A stretch of 62,553 nucleotides of DNA, filler included, from Chiloscyllium plagiosum (Eukaryota): NCBI RefSeq assembly GCF_004010195.1. It is 3 parts of one record of this genome, joined end to end, with 100 filler letters (N's around TTAATTAATTAA, not from the genome) between each part and the next. Parts side by side here need not be neighbours in the genome. Positions count along the whole stretch, not along the records: positions 1 to 14,802 come from NC_057712.1; positions 14,903 to 36,326 come from NC_057712.1; 1 more part is not named here. One strand, 5' to 3'. A model generated the notes under the pieces. It had not been told where the DNA came from. It did not search any database and saw only the letters and a program-made list of their open reading frames with translations. Positions 11,494-23,608 of the stretch are shown here, one piece after another. A program made the position numbers and the translations under genes. How positions within the stretch are numbered: position 1 is the stretch's first letter; the number at the start of each line of letters is the position of its first letter.

Positions 11494-11805
11494 GGCGGCA
11501 CGGTGGCTCAGTGGTTAGCACAGCTGCCTCACAGTACCAGGGTCCCAGGTTTGATCCCAGCCTTGGGCGACTGTGTGGAGTTTGCACATTTTCTCCATGT
11601 CTGCGTGGGTTTCCTCTGGGTGCTTTGATTTCTTCCCACAGTCCAAAGATGTACAGGTCAGTGAATTGGTCATACTAAATTGCCTGTAGTGTTCAGTGCA
11701 TTAGTCAGTGGGAAACAGGTCTGGGTGGTTGACTTCCAAATAAAGTGTGGACTTGTTGGGCTGAAGGGCCTGTTTCCACACTGTTGGGAATCTGATCTAA
11801 TCTAA
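11494..11805 (+). mobile_element. HE1-type tRNA-derived V-SINE, full length
   Basis: Box A GGTGGCTCAGTGG, box B GGTTTGATCCC, V-domain GTGTGGAGTTTGCACATT...GGGTTTCCTCTGGGTGCT, CR1-like 3' end and (AATCT)n tail. Confidence 0.9.
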
Positions 11806-12208
11806 AAAACAGGTGGGTTGAGTATGGCATTCTGCCTGTTGCAGACAGTCAAAGGGATGTGTTGTTTGATACACTCCACAGATTGTTAGGACTTAACGCC
11901 TACGTATGTGGTATCACTGCAGCACTGAAAACCTTATCACAACACTCAGCAAATGTTAAAGGAGAAAACCAACTGCACACCCAGCACTGCTCACCATACT
12001 GTCAGTGTTAGAAATGCAGGCCCCTTTGAGGGTAAAACAGCACAGATCCATAATTCATTGATATTGCTGAAAGTCATTGGACTTGATATCAAAGATCTGT
12101 GTTCTTATCCTTGTGGCTCAATGGTAGTGCCTTATCTCTGGGTCAGGAGCTGAAGGTTTAAGTTCCACCTGCACCAGAACTATGTGATAACATCTCTGAA
12201 GAGGCTTA

Positions 12209-13120
12209 CAAAGTTAAAAATCACACAACAGGTTATGGTCCAACAGGTTTATTTGACAACACTAGCTTTCGGAGCGGCGCTCCTTCACCAGTTGGTTGTA
12301 GAGTATAAGATCATAAGACACAGAATTTATAGCAAAAGTTTACAGAGTGATGTAACTGAAATGATATATTGAAAAAGAACTGGATTGTTTGTTAAGTCTC
12401 TCACTTTTAGAATGAACATGTTGGTTTCAGTTCTTTCATATTTAAATTGCAGAATATTTAAAAGTTACGTTCTCAAGTGAACTTTAACACACACCCTCTC
12501 ACAGTCTTATACCCCTTTACACTCACACTCACACACATACACACATTCTGTCACAGACACTCATAACCCTGCACCCCGTCCCACCCACACACAAACTCAT
12601 GCACACACATATATAGGTTTGGGGGATGAATTTGTACTTGCAGAATTGCATTTTACTTTGCTCAACACAGCATGGATTTAACTAAGATTCTGTAAATCCG
12701 TTTTTTAGATTAGAATCAGTCTGATCATTGTGGCACAGACAGTCTCACACTGGGCAGCTCACACCTTAAATATATTATCTGGGCTGACATGACACCAATT
12801 GTTAAAGTTCACTTGAGAATGTAACTTTTAAATGTTCTGCGATTTACATATGAAAGAACTGAAACCAACATGTTCATTTTAAAAGATGAGAGACTTAACA
12901 AACAATCAATATCTTTTTCAATATATCATTTCAGTTACATCACACTGTAAACTTTTGCTACAAATTCTGTGTCTTACAATCTTATACTTCACAACCGCCT
13001 GATGAAGGAGCAGCGCTCCAAAAGCTAGTGCTTCCAAATAAACTTGTTGGACTATAAACTGTTGTTGTGTGATTTTTAATTTTGTACACCCTAGTCCGAT
13101 ACCTACATCTCCAAATCCTT
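12209..13120 (+). mobile_element. Non-coding PLE inverted-repeat insertion (family B) with tail and TSD
   Basis: Arms 12209-12489 and 12800-13084; CA-rich spacer; 36-nt tail 13085-13120; exact TSD AAGAGGCTTA (12199-12208 / 13121-13130); hammerhead-like motif in each arm. Confidence 0.85.
12999..13027 (+). ncRNA. Minimal hammerhead motif, family B (single core mutation)
   Basis: CTGATGA-A-GGAGC-AGC-GCTCC-AAAA-GCTA; the partner arm (12263-12291, minus) reads CTGGTGA...GCTCC-GAAA-GCTA, so the two-arm consensus is intact. Confidence 0.7.
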
Positions 13121-13209
13121 AAGAGGCTTATTTGAAAAGAAAGGGCTGAGTTTTCCTTTGGGGGCTTGAGTGCATTATATTTGCCTGCACTACATTTGAT
13201 TTATCTCCT

Positions 13210-13749
13210 AAGAGCATAAGAATTAGGAGCAGGAGTAGGCCATCTGGCCCATCGAGCCTGTTCCGCCATTCAATACAATCATGGGTGATCTTTTCATGGA
13301 CTCAGCTCCACTTATCCACCCAATCACCATAACCCTAATTCCTTTACTGTTCAAAAATCTATCTCTCATAGTCTTAAAAACATTCAACAACTTATCTTTA
13401 ACTGTCTCACTGGGCAGGGAACTCCACAGATTCACAAACCTTTGGGTGAAGAAGTTTCTCCTCAACGCAGTCTTCAATCTGCTCCCCTTTAGTTTGAGGC
13501 TATGCCTCCTCGTTCTACTTTCTCCTCCCAGTGGAAATAATCTCCCTGCTTCTATCGTATCTATCCCCTTCATAATTTTATGTGTTTCTTTAAGATCCCC
13601 TCTCATTCTTCTAAATTGCAATGAGTATAATCCCAGTCTACTCAATGTCTCCTCATAAACTAATCCTCTCAACTCTGGAATCAACCTAGTGAACTTCCTC
13701 TGCACCCCCTCCAGTGCCAGTACATTCTTTCTCAAGTAGGAAGACTAAA
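13210..13749 (-). mobile_element. 3' portion of a second CR1 subfamily
   Basis: ORF 13223-13735: LEGVQRKFTRLIPEL...RRMRGDL...RRNFFTQRFVNLWSSLP; TTCTTATG-type tail. Confidence 0.9.
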
Positions 13750-13968
13750 ACTCTTCTTTTTTTCTCTCCCCATTGTTTTGTTTCCATTATTGATGTGCTG
13801 CTCTTGATGGGTGGTATACATAACTTCACTATTTGAATCATTTGTTAATTGGGTGATTTGGGTCGTTTTTTTCAAAATCAAAAATGGAAGAGCTGAACTC
13901 TCCTCCCACTTTACCAATCTTTTCTTGGCTTTTATTATTGTTCCACTGCCCACCACCAAACCACACAG

Positions 13969-14045
13969 TTACCTAAGGCTGGAATTGAACCTGAGACCCT
14001 GGTGCTATAAGGTAGCAGTGCTAACCACTGAGCCACCATGCTGCC
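13969..14045 (-). mobile_element. HE1-type SINE head fragment
   Basis: Reverse complement GGCAGCATGGTGGCTCAGTGGTTAGCACTGCT...GGTTCAATTCC. Confidence 0.75.
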
Positions 14046-14313
14046 TATTAGGTGCTAACAAAAGAGCTGAGTATTTCTGCAGAGGCTGGGATGCAGTATT
14101 TGCCTGCCCTGATACTATTGTCATTCAACTCCTTCCCTTTTACCCTCAGCTGTTTGTTTTTTGTTATTATTGCGCTGCCCCTGGTGGACAGTGCTTGTAA
14201 CTTCTCAGTTGGATAATTTATTGAGTGGTTTAGTGCTGGGCTTTCAAAATAAAAGGAACTGGATGTTTTATAAGTAAAAAGAGGCTAGGTTCTTGCTCAG
14301 TGGAGAATTGGTT

Positions 14314-14420
14314 TAGAGTCATAGAGATGTTCAGCACGGAAACAGACCCTTCAGCCCAACTCATCCATGCCAACCAGATTCTACATTAATCTAGACCCAC
14401 TTACCAGCATTTGGCCCATA
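14314..14420 (-). mobile_element. CR1 3' UTR fragment
   Basis: TAGAGTCATAGAGATG...AAACAGACCCTTC, as at 19060. Confidence 0.8.
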
Positions 14421-14647
14421 GTTCTGGGCAGGGAAAGGCTCCAGAAGGGAAAGGTGGACACAAGTATTTGTTCCAAACTACTGATTAGAATTAAGACCTT
14501 GTAAATCTCTGAGCAAATTTTGCTATCCAATTCTACATATGAAAACAGTCTAATAAACACATACACCTAACACATACAACCTATATCTGGATCAGTGGTG
14601 CTGGAAGAGCACAGCAATTCAGGCAGCATCCGAGGAGCTTCGAAATC

Positions 14648-14675
14648 GACGTTTCGGGCAAAAGCCCTTCATCAG
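14648..14675 (-). ncRNA. Minimal hammerhead ribozyme, intact (family A)
   Basis: Minus strand CTGATGA-A-GGGC-TTTT-GCCC-GAAAC-GTC. Confidence 0.85.
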
Positions 14676-14802
14676 GAATAAAGGCAGAGAGCCTGAAGCG
14701 TGGAGAGATAAGCAAGAGGAGGGTGGGGGTGGGGATAGAGTAGCATAGAGTACAATAGGTCAGTGGGGGAGGAGATGAAGGTGATAGGTCAGGGAGGAGA
14801 GG

Positions 14803-14902
14803 NNNNNNNNNNNNNNNNNNNNNNNNNNNNNNNNNNNNNNNNNNNNTTAATTAATTAANNNNNNNNNNNNNNNNNNNNNNNNNNNNNNNNNNNNNNNNNN
14901 NN
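14803..14902. other. Artificial 100-nt scaffold linker (44 N, TTAATTAATTAA, 44 N)
   Basis: Same construct at 36327-36426; the 12-mer gives stops in all six frames. Confidence 0.9.
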
Positions 14903-14920
14903 GGCTCTCTGCCTTTATTC

Positions 14921-14948
14921 CTGATGAAGGGCTTTTGCCCGAAACGTC
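14921..14948 (+). ncRNA. Minimal hammerhead ribozyme, intact (family A)
   Basis: CTGATGA-A-GGGC-TTTT-GCCC-GAAAC-GTC. Confidence 0.85.
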
Positions 14949-15627
14949 GATTTCGAAGCTCCTCGGATGCTGTCTGAATTGCTGTGCTCTTCCAGCACCA
15001 CTGATCCAGAATCTGGTTTCCAGCATCTGCAGTCATTGTTTTTACCACATACAACCTATACTAGTGTTCTCTTTCAATCAGACTTACACTGTCAATTTAT
15101 ATGCTTTACCTCATCTTCACACGTGTAGTTCTTTTGCAAGTTCCAAGCTGTCAGCTCACATAGTCACTATTCAACCACTACAAATACATTATTCAAACAT
15201 ATTGAATGATAATCACCGAAACACATCCCTCTTTCTTGCAGAATAGTTACATTATAGAAGGCAGTAGAAAATGAATGAAGAGTGTTTGAACTCCTAAGGA
15301 GGAGGCAGTATTCACCATGAGGACAAAGGATATTACTGGCTCACTGACTGACATTGCAGTGATAGACAATGAGATTCACTGCAGTCCCAATCTTCTTGCG
15401 TCTCCTTCACTGTACAATGTTTTGAGTGGCAAGCTGCAGATGGTGGACTGTATTGATTGTACCCTCATCACAACACAATCCTGGCCCCTTTCATGTTTAT
15501 GATACACTGAAAACTTGATTTTTCCCAGCCAGGGGAGGCAGAGAAAAGACACGGGCTGAATATTCCGGTTGTTTGGATAAATATTATTCTTGGGAGTTGC
15601 ATGGTGGGTAGTTTCCCGCTGTGGACT

Positions 15628-15926
15628 ATCATAGAATCCCAACAGGGTGGAAGCAAGCCATTCAGCCCATCATGTTCACACTGACCCTCTGAAGAGCATC
15701 CCATCCAGACCCAGCCCCCTACCCTATCCCTATATTTCCCATGGCTAATCCACCTGGCCTGGGTATCTTTGAACTGTGGGAAGAAACCAGAGCACCCAGA
15801 GGAAACCTACACAGACATGGGGAGAATGTGCAAACTCCACACAGACAGTCGCCCGAGGCTGGAATTGAGCCCAGGTCTCTGGTGCTGTGAGGCAATAGTG
15901 CTAACTACTGAGCTGCCGTATAGCCC
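15628..15926 (-). mobile_element. HE1-type V-SINE
   Basis: Reverse complement of the head, V-domain and tail seen at 11494-11805. Confidence 0.85.
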
Positions 15927-16139
15927 AATTGTGACTTTTCTCCCATGAGAAAAAGCAGTGTGAATTTTCTCACTGCTCACCTCATTGTTTATGCAGACAG
16001 TTATACAGTGCCCTTCTTGTTCAGTCCTGTGGCTGCAATACTGGACATGCTTGCTGCTGTTAGGACCTTGTGCTATTCACACCACTTGTGCCATCTTTAA
16101 ACCACAAACTACACACCACTTCAAAGACTGAAAGATAGG

Positions 16140-17100
16140 GATGCTTGCTAACATTGCTGATAACTCAAAGGTAGCTCGGAAAATAAAAGGTGAACAAGAA
16201 ATATGGAAACTACAGAAGGATATAGGTAGGTTAAGAGAGTAATCAAAGATCTGGAAAATGTGGGAAATTATCCATTTTAGCAGGAAGAGTAAAAAAGAAG
16301 CATATTATCTAAAAGGTGAGAGATTGCAGAGCTCTGAGCTGAAGAGAGTTCTGGTTATCCTAGTGCACGAATCGCAAACCGGTAGAATTCAGATATGGCA
16401 TTTTATTGTTAAGGGAATTGAATTCCAAAGCACGGAAGTTATGCTTCAGTTTTACACAGCATTGGTAAGACTACATCTCAGTATTTGTCTCCATATTTAA
16501 GGAAGGATTTAAACACTTGGAAACACTTAAAAAGCAGCTTAACGGCTCCGTACCAGGAATGGGATGGATTGTCTTACAAAGAAGTGTTGGCCAGACTGGA
16601 AGTTTTCAACTGGAGTTTGGAAGAATAAGAGACAACTTAATTGAATAAAATAAGATTGGAAAGAAAGGCCTCTGGACTTGAAATGTTAATCCTGCTTTCT
16701 CCCTGTAGATGTTGCCAGATCTACAGTGTTTCTCCAGCAATTTCTGTTTTTCTTTAGGGTCCTGCAGGGTCTTGACTGGGTGAATGCGAAACGGATGTTT
16801 CCCCTGGCGGGAGGATTAAAAACAAGGCAGTCACTGTTCAAAAGTAAAGTGTCACTCTTTTAAGAAAGAGATGAGGAGAAATGTCTTCTCTCAGAGGGTT
16901 TGGAGTCTTTGGAATTCTCTTTCTCTAAAACTGATGGAAGCAACATCTCTGAATATAACAATAGAAAATTATGGTTCGCCTCAACTTGTGAATGGTCATG
17001 AATGTCAGGATTTGACAGTATTGATTCTGAAAGATCAGACAGAACTGAGCAAGATGTGCAATGCTGAGCGTTATGGAGGGCAAAGCCAGCTACAGTGTTG
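16140..17100 (+). mobile_element. Old degraded CR1 3' half with a small PLE family C insert (about 16665-16755)
   Basis: WEIIHFSRKSKKEAYYLKGERL; RRNVFSQRVWSLWNSL. Confidence 0.7.
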
Positions 17101-17344
17101 AGAGGACCGTTCATTTCAAATGCAAAAGAGGAAAATATCACGAGAGTTCAGTGTATGTAGCTTTAATGGGGGTTAATAAATGTAACAAAAAAAAAGTATT
17201 GATATGCAAGAGATATTCCAGGAACTTCTGTGTTTTTAATTCCAACTCTGCCATGGGAGTAATTGCTGTCTTTAAAATGCATTTATCCTTTGTTGTCAGT
17301 GAGGCAGTGGGGTGTGCTCAGCTCCCGTCGGGACAGCCATATTT

Positions 17345-17935
17345 GCACGGCAGCAATCTCACTTGACCATCAGAAGGTTGTGAGTTAATGTCCTCCTCTC
17401 CAGGGCAAAGGCATGGAATTTGGAATGATGCTGGAGTAATGTGCTGTTGGAGATGCCATCCTTAGAAGAACCCAACTGTGAATTTAGTTGAGTTGCACTT
17501 TTAAACCTCCTTCCTGTTTCCAGACTCTCTGGTTCATACTGGATTTTTAAGCTTCCAAGTTCTTTCATGCTTCCAGTGCTCTACACCTGTCCAAACTGTA
17601 TTTTAGCTGATCCTGGTGTCCAAGAACATTGTAGTGGCTTGGGCCCAGAGTGGGTGCAGGAATGACTTAGGTGGGAATTTACACTGACCATGTTAAAAGA
17701 TCCCATGACACCATTCGAATGAATGAGAAGTGGAGTTTCCTATGGCATCCTGCTAAATAATTATCCAAGGGTCAAAGCAGATTACCCGGCCACAATCACA
17801 TTGCTATTTGTGAGGCCTTGCTGTGACAAACTGGCTGCTAAAACGATGACTCCAATTCAAAAGTATCATACTTGCTGGAAAGTGTTTGGGGTAGCCTGAG
17901 GCTGTGAAAGACATTATAGAAATGAAAATCTTTTC
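17345..17935 (+). mobile_element. Deu-domain SINE (AmnSINE1/SacSINE1-like), interrupted at about 17465-17690
   Basis: AAAAGATCCCATGACAC...ATCACATTGCTATTTGTG...TTGCTGTG...TGGCTGC...TGTGAAAGACATTATAGAAATG matches the Deu core and tail as I recall it. Confidence 0.6.
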
Positions 17936-18342
17936 TGTGGCTCAACAACCCGAGTGTCTTCTACTTCGCTCGCATGACCTACCTATTTCTGGACATCTTT
18001 GGACGTTATGTTATTCTTTGTGATTGATTGCCAACAAGTACACCTTTATGAAATACTAATAGAAACAACATAAGGATCAAGTTTTTTTTGATATCATTTC
18101 AATCATGAAAACATTGTAATTAGTTTTTGTACCTAAGAGATGTAATTTCCATTGTTTCCTGTTGTGTACTTTAAACTTTAGAATGAGCAAATGATGATGA
18201 AGTATAAATTATCCCTTAATTGCTGCAGCTTCACAGAAATTGTCTCACTGGCTGGACTAGTCATAACCTAATGCTGAATGAAATGCCAATAATACAGTAA
18301 AAGTGACTCACATACGAGTTAGTGGGAATAATTGTTGGGAGC

Positions 18343-18670
18343 AAATAGATAAGGTATTTTACTTGGGGTCGGGGAGTCCAGAACTAGACAGCAGAGGTTT
18401 AGGGTGAGAGGGAAAAGATTTAAAAAGGACCTAGGGGGCAACTTTTTCACACAGAGGGTGGTGTGTGTATGGAATGAGCTGCCAGAGGAAATGATGGAGG
18501 CTGCTACAATTACAGCATTTGAAAGGCATCAGAATGAGTACATGAATAGGAAGGGTTTGGAAGGATATGGACCAAGTGCAAATGGGACTAGATAAATTTA
18601 GGATATCCGGTCAGCATGGACGAGTTGGACTGAAGTGTCTGTTTCCTTGCTATACATCTCCATAACTGTA
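18343..18670 (+). mobile_element. CR1 3' end
   Basis: GNFFTQRVVCVWNELPEE...NRKGLEGYGP plus 3' UTR. Confidence 0.85.
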
Positions 18671-19059
18671 TCAAAGGAAAACATGGTGCGTGAGGGCTAA
18701 GTATAAGAGAATATAAAATAATACTAAGACTGGTAGCACCGAATAATAGACTGTAAATAGGTCAAGAGGCATTAATTAAAATGAATACTTTAAACAAGGT
18801 GGTATATAGATTTGAAAATACTAAATCTGGGGAACATGGTTTAAAAATAAGGAGGTTCCCATTGAAGATGGCGATGAGGATTTATTTTTCACAGAGTCAT
18901 GAGTCTCTGGAATTTGCTTCTTTATGAAGACGAGAAGGAAGCGTCCTTGAATACTTTACAGTCAGTGGGAGGTGGATACATGACGAATAACGAAGTCAAA
19001 TGGTATTGGAGGAGATAGGAATGTGGAGTTGGGGCCACAGTCAGATCTGCCTTGATCTG

Positions 19060-20556
19060 AGAGTCATAGAGTCATAGAGACATACAGCATGGAAACAGAC
19101 CCTTCGGTCCAACCCGGCCATGCCGACCAGATATCCCAACCCAATCTAGTCCCACCTGCCAGCACCCTCTGTGTGACAAAGTTGCCCCTTAGGTCTCTTT
19201 TATATCTTTCCCCTCTCACCCTAAACCTATGCCCTCTTGTTCTGGACTCCCCAACCCCAGGGAAAAGACTTTGTCTATTTATCCTATCCATGCCCCTCAT
19301 AATTTTGTAAGCCTCTATAAGGTCACCCCTCAGCCTCCGACGCTCCAGGGAAAACAGCCCCAGCCTGTTCAACTTCTCCCTGTAGCTCAGATCCNNNNNN
19401 NNNNNNNNNNNNNNNNNNNNNNNNNNNNNNNNNNNNNNNNNNNNNNNNNNNNNNNNNNNNNNNNNNNNNNNNNNNNNNNNNNNNNNNNNNNNNNNNNNNN
19501 NNNNNNNNNNNNNNNNNNNNNNNNNNNNNNNNNNNNNNNNNNNNNNNNNNNNNNNNNNNNNNNNNNNNNNNNNNNNNNNNNNNNNNNNNNAATTTTGGTG
19601 TCATCTGCAAACTTACTAACTGTACCTCTTATGCTCACATCCAAATCATTTATGTAAATGACAAAAAGTAGAGGACCCAGCACCAATCCTTGTGGCACTC
19701 CACTGGTCACAGGCCTCCAGTCTGAATAATAACCCTCCACCACCACCCTGTGTCTTCTACCTTTGAGCCAGTTCTGTATCCAAATGGCTAGTTCTCCCTG
19801 TATTTCATGAGATTTAACCTTGCTAATCAGTCTCCCATGGGGAACCTTGTCAAACGCCTTACTTCATATAGATCACATCTACTGCTCTGTCCTCAATTTT
19901 CTTTGTTACTTCTTCAAAAGACTCAATCAAGTTTGTGAGACATGATTTCCCATGCACAAAGCCATGTTGACTATCCATAATCAGTCCTTGCCTTTCCAAA
20001 TACATGTACATCCTGTCCCTCAGGATTCCCTCCAAACACTTACCCATGAACAAAGTCAGGCTTACTGGTGTATAGTTCCCTGGCTTGTCCTTACCACCCT
20101 TCTTAAACAGTGGCACCATTTTAGCCAACCACCAGTCTTCCAGCACCTCACTTGTGGCTATCAATGATACAAATAGCTCAGCAAGAGGCCCAGCAATCAC
20201 TTCCCTCACTTCCCACAGTTTTCTAGGGTCCACCTGATCAGGTCCCAGGGATTTACCCACCTTTGTGCATTTTAAGATGTCCAGCACCTCTTCCTTTGTA
20301 ATGTGGACATTTGTCAAAATGTTGCTATTTATTTCCTCATATTTTCTATGTTTCATTTCCTTCTCCACACTGATGCAAAATACTGTTTAGTATTTCCCTC
20401 ATCTCCTGCGGTTACATACATTGGTGGCCTTGCAGATCTTTGAGGGGTGCTATTATCTCCCTAGTTATTCTTTTGTCCTTAATGTATTTGGATTCTCCTT
20501 AACCCTATTTACCAAAGCTATCTCATGTCCCCTTTTTGCACTCCTGATCTCCTTAA
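19060..20556 (-). mobile_element. 5'-truncated young CR1 (gap 19395-19590; about 120-bp deletion near 19165)
   Basis: [29 protein letters not shown], (TCTATGAC)n tail. Confidence 0.95.
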
Positions 20557-20707
20557 ATAGTTCATTCCAGACAGAGTTATTATTGATTCTTTACATGTTT
20601 AACAGTTCATCTTTGTTGATTAATTCAATCCATGAACAATTATTAAAGTTCTGCAGTCTATAAGATTACATAACCAACCAACAGAAAGTAAAGCCTGACA
20701 ATAAATA

Positions 20708-20795
20708 TAAAAAGCACACAACACCAGGTTATAGTCCAACAGGTTTATTTGGAAGCACTAGCTTTCTGAGCACTGCTAATTCATCAAGTGGTTGT
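20708..20795 (-). mobile_element. PLE family B terminal fragment abutting the CR1 5' end
   Basis: Matches 12215-12299 (CACACAAC...GGTTAT-GTCCAACAGGTTTATTTG...CACTAGCTTTC). Confidence 0.8.
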
Positions 20796-21313
20796 TTTGG
20801 AGCAGCTGCTCCTTTTTCTGAGGTATTTTAGGTGTTGGAGGTGATTTCCTCGAATTCCAGGAGCAGCAATTACTGTTTTATATGCTGTTGCATTGTCTTG
20901 GAACTTTGAAAAAAAAAGTCAAAACAACAGCAGTTTTAAAAGGGAGAAGAGCAGACAAAGGAAGCACATAGTGAGGACAGTGCAGGAGAGAGAAAGAGAA
21001 CCTGCATAGTTACTGCCTTTGCTGTTTTGAATTCGTGTATCGCTGGACATCGGAGTGTATCTGGGAAAATTAACAAACAGTGAATTTCACAACTAATCTT
21101 GGAGGAACCAGTTTGGGCGAAGTTCACAGCACAGAATCAGATAAGTTAGTTGTTGTTTTAAGTCTAACCAACAGAAAGGCTGCAGTAGTGAGTAGAGTGG
21201 GTTTTTTCTTGTTTATATGTTAAGCCATAACTATTAATTTAACCAGGGGCAGTGTTTTGTAGAGGAATAAAACGGTGTTATTTTCTGGGTCTGTCGATTG
21301 TAAAGAAGCAAAA

Positions 21314-22261
21314 ATGGCCTTTAGTACAGTGATATGTACTTCTTGACAGATGTGGGAGTTTAAAGAGTTTAAAGAGAGGTTAAGGGTTACAGCAGATTAT
21401 ATCTGCCATAAATGCTGTTGGATGCGAATCTTATCAGATCAAATGGATCAGTTGGAGAGACAGTTAGAAGCGATGAGGAATTTGCAACAGCAGCAATATG
21501 TGATGGATGGCAGTTATAGGAAGGGGGGAAAGTCTCAGATACAGTCACATAGATGGGTTAACTCCAGGAAGGGTAAGAGAGGTAGGCACCTAGGGCAGGA
21601 GTCTTTTGTGGATATACCCATTTCAAACAGGTATGCTGTTTTGGAAAATGTAGGGGGTGATAGATTCTCAGGGGAACGTAGCACGAACAGCCAAGTTTCT
21701 GGTATTGAGACTGGCTCTAATGCAATGAGAGGTACGTCGGCTTCTAAGAGATCAATTGTGTTAGAGGATTCTGAAGTCCGAGGTACAGACAGATGTTTCT
21801 GTGGCCAGCAGCGAAAAAGCAGAATAGTGTGTTGTTTCCCTGGTGCCAGGAACAAGGATGTCTCAGAGAGGGTGCAGAATGTTCTTAAGGGGGAGAGGGG
21901 CCAGCAGGACGTCATTGTCCACATTGGCACCAATGACATAGCAAGGGAAAAGGTTGAGATTCTGAATGGAGATTACAGAGAGTTAGGCAGGAATTTAAAA
22001 AGGAGGTCCTCGAGAGAAGTAATATCTGGATTACTCCCAGTGCTATGAGCTAGTGAGGGCAGGAATAGGAGGATAGAGCAGATGAATGCATGGCTGAGGA
22101 GCTGGTGTTTGGGAGAAGGATTCACATTTTTGGACCATTGGAATCTCTTTTGGGGTAGAAGTTGCTTGTACAAGAAGGACGGATTGCACCTAAATTGGAA
22201 GGGGACTAATATACTGGCAGGGAAATTTGCTAGAGCTGCTCAGGAGGATTTAAATGAGTAA
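21314..22261 (+). pseudogene. CR1 ORF1 (zinc finger, coiled coil, SGNH esterase) with two in-frame stops
   Basis: MAFSTVICTS*QMWE...YICHKC; IVLEDSEVRG (GDS block), CFPGA, HIGTND, DGLHL. Confidence 0.9.
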
Positions 22262-23608
22262 GGTGGGTGGGTGGGGCCCAGGGAGATAGTGAGGAAAGAG
22301 ATCAATCTGAGACTGGTACAGTTGAGAACAGAAGCGAGTCAAACAGTCAGGGCAGGCAGGGACAAGATAGGACTAATAAATTAAATTGTATTTATTTCAA
22401 TGCAAGGGGCCTAACAGGAAAGGCAAATGGACTCAGGGCATGGTTAGAAAGATGGGACTGGGATATCATAGCCATAACAGAAACATGGCTCAGGGATGGG
22501 TAGGACTGGCAGCTTAATGTTCCAGGATACAAATGCTACAGGAAGGATAGAAAGGGAGGCAAGAGAGGAGGGGGAGTGGCATTTTTGATAAGGGATAGCA
22601 TTACAGCTGTGCTGAGGGAGGATATTCCTGGAATTACATCCAGGGAAGTTATTTGGGTGGAACTGAGAAATAAGAAAGGGATGATCACCTTATTGAGATT
22701 GTATTATAGACCCCCCAATAGTCAGAGGGAAATTGAGAAACAAACTTGTAAAGAGATCTCAGCTATCTGTAAGGATAATAGAGTGGTTGTGGTAGGGGAT
22801 TTTAACTTTCTAAACGTAGACAGGGACTGCAATAGTGTTAAAGGTTTAGATGGAGAGGAAATTGTTAAGTGTGTACAAGACATTTTTCTGATCCAGTATG
22901 TGGATATACCTACTAGAGAAGGTGCAAATCTTGACCTACTCTTGGGAAATAAGGCAGGGCAGGTGACTNNNNNNNNNNNNNNNNNNNNNNNNNNNNNNNN
23001 NNNNNNNNNNNNNNNNNNNNNNNNNNNNNNNNNNNNNNNNNNNNNNNNNNNNNNNNNNNNNNNNNNNNNNNNNNNNNNNNNNNNNNNNNNNNNNNNNNNN
23101 NNNNNNNNNNNNNNNNNNNNNNNNNNNNNNNNNNNNNNNNNNNNNNNNNNNNNNNNNNNNNNNNNNNNNNNNNNNNNNNNNNNNNNNNNNNNNNNNNNNN
23201 NNNNNNNNNNNNNNNNNNNNNNNNNNNNNNNNNNNNNCCCCTCAAAGATCAGCAAGGCGGCCTTTGTGTGGAGCCACAGAAAATGGGGGAGATACTGAAT
23301 GAGTATTTTGCATCAGTATTTACTGTGGAAAAGGATATGGAAGATATAGACTGTAGGGAAATAGATGGTGACATCTTGCAAAACGTCCAGATTACAGAGG
23401 AGGAAGTGCTGGATGTCTTGAAACGGGTAAAGGTGGATAAATCCCCAGGACCTGATCAGGTGTACCCGAGAACTCTGTAGGAAGCTAGAGAAGTGATTGC
23501 TGGGCCTCTTGCTGAGATATTTATATCATTGATAGTCACAGGTGAGGTGCCGGAAGACTGGAGGTTGGCAAACGTGGTGCCACTGTTTAAGAAAGGTGGT
23601 GGACTCTG

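Larger units (their letters stand above)
12111..13140 (+). mobile_element. Old short tRNA-like SINE, split by the PLE at 12209-13120
   Basis: TGGCTCAATGGTAG...GGTTTAAGTTCCACCTGCACCAG; similar to 48821-48900 and to the reverse complement of about 37965-38070. Confidence 0.45.
14586..15045 (+). mobile_element. Young PLE (family A) with inverted termini and 15-bp TSD; interior lost in a scaffold gap
   Basis: Exact TSD CACATACAACCTATA (14571-14585 / 15046-15060); arms are near-perfect reverse complements; 35-nt tail 15011-15045. Confidence 0.9.

Noticed and set aside
11494..11570. tRNA-like sequence, also at 13969, 15850, 40329 and 54113
   Set aside because: These are SINE heads with A and B boxes, mostly continuing into the V-domain, not tRNA genes.
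14847..14858. TTAATTAATTAA palindrome, also at 36371-36382
   Set aside because: Centred in identical 44-N flanks; an assembly linker, not biology.
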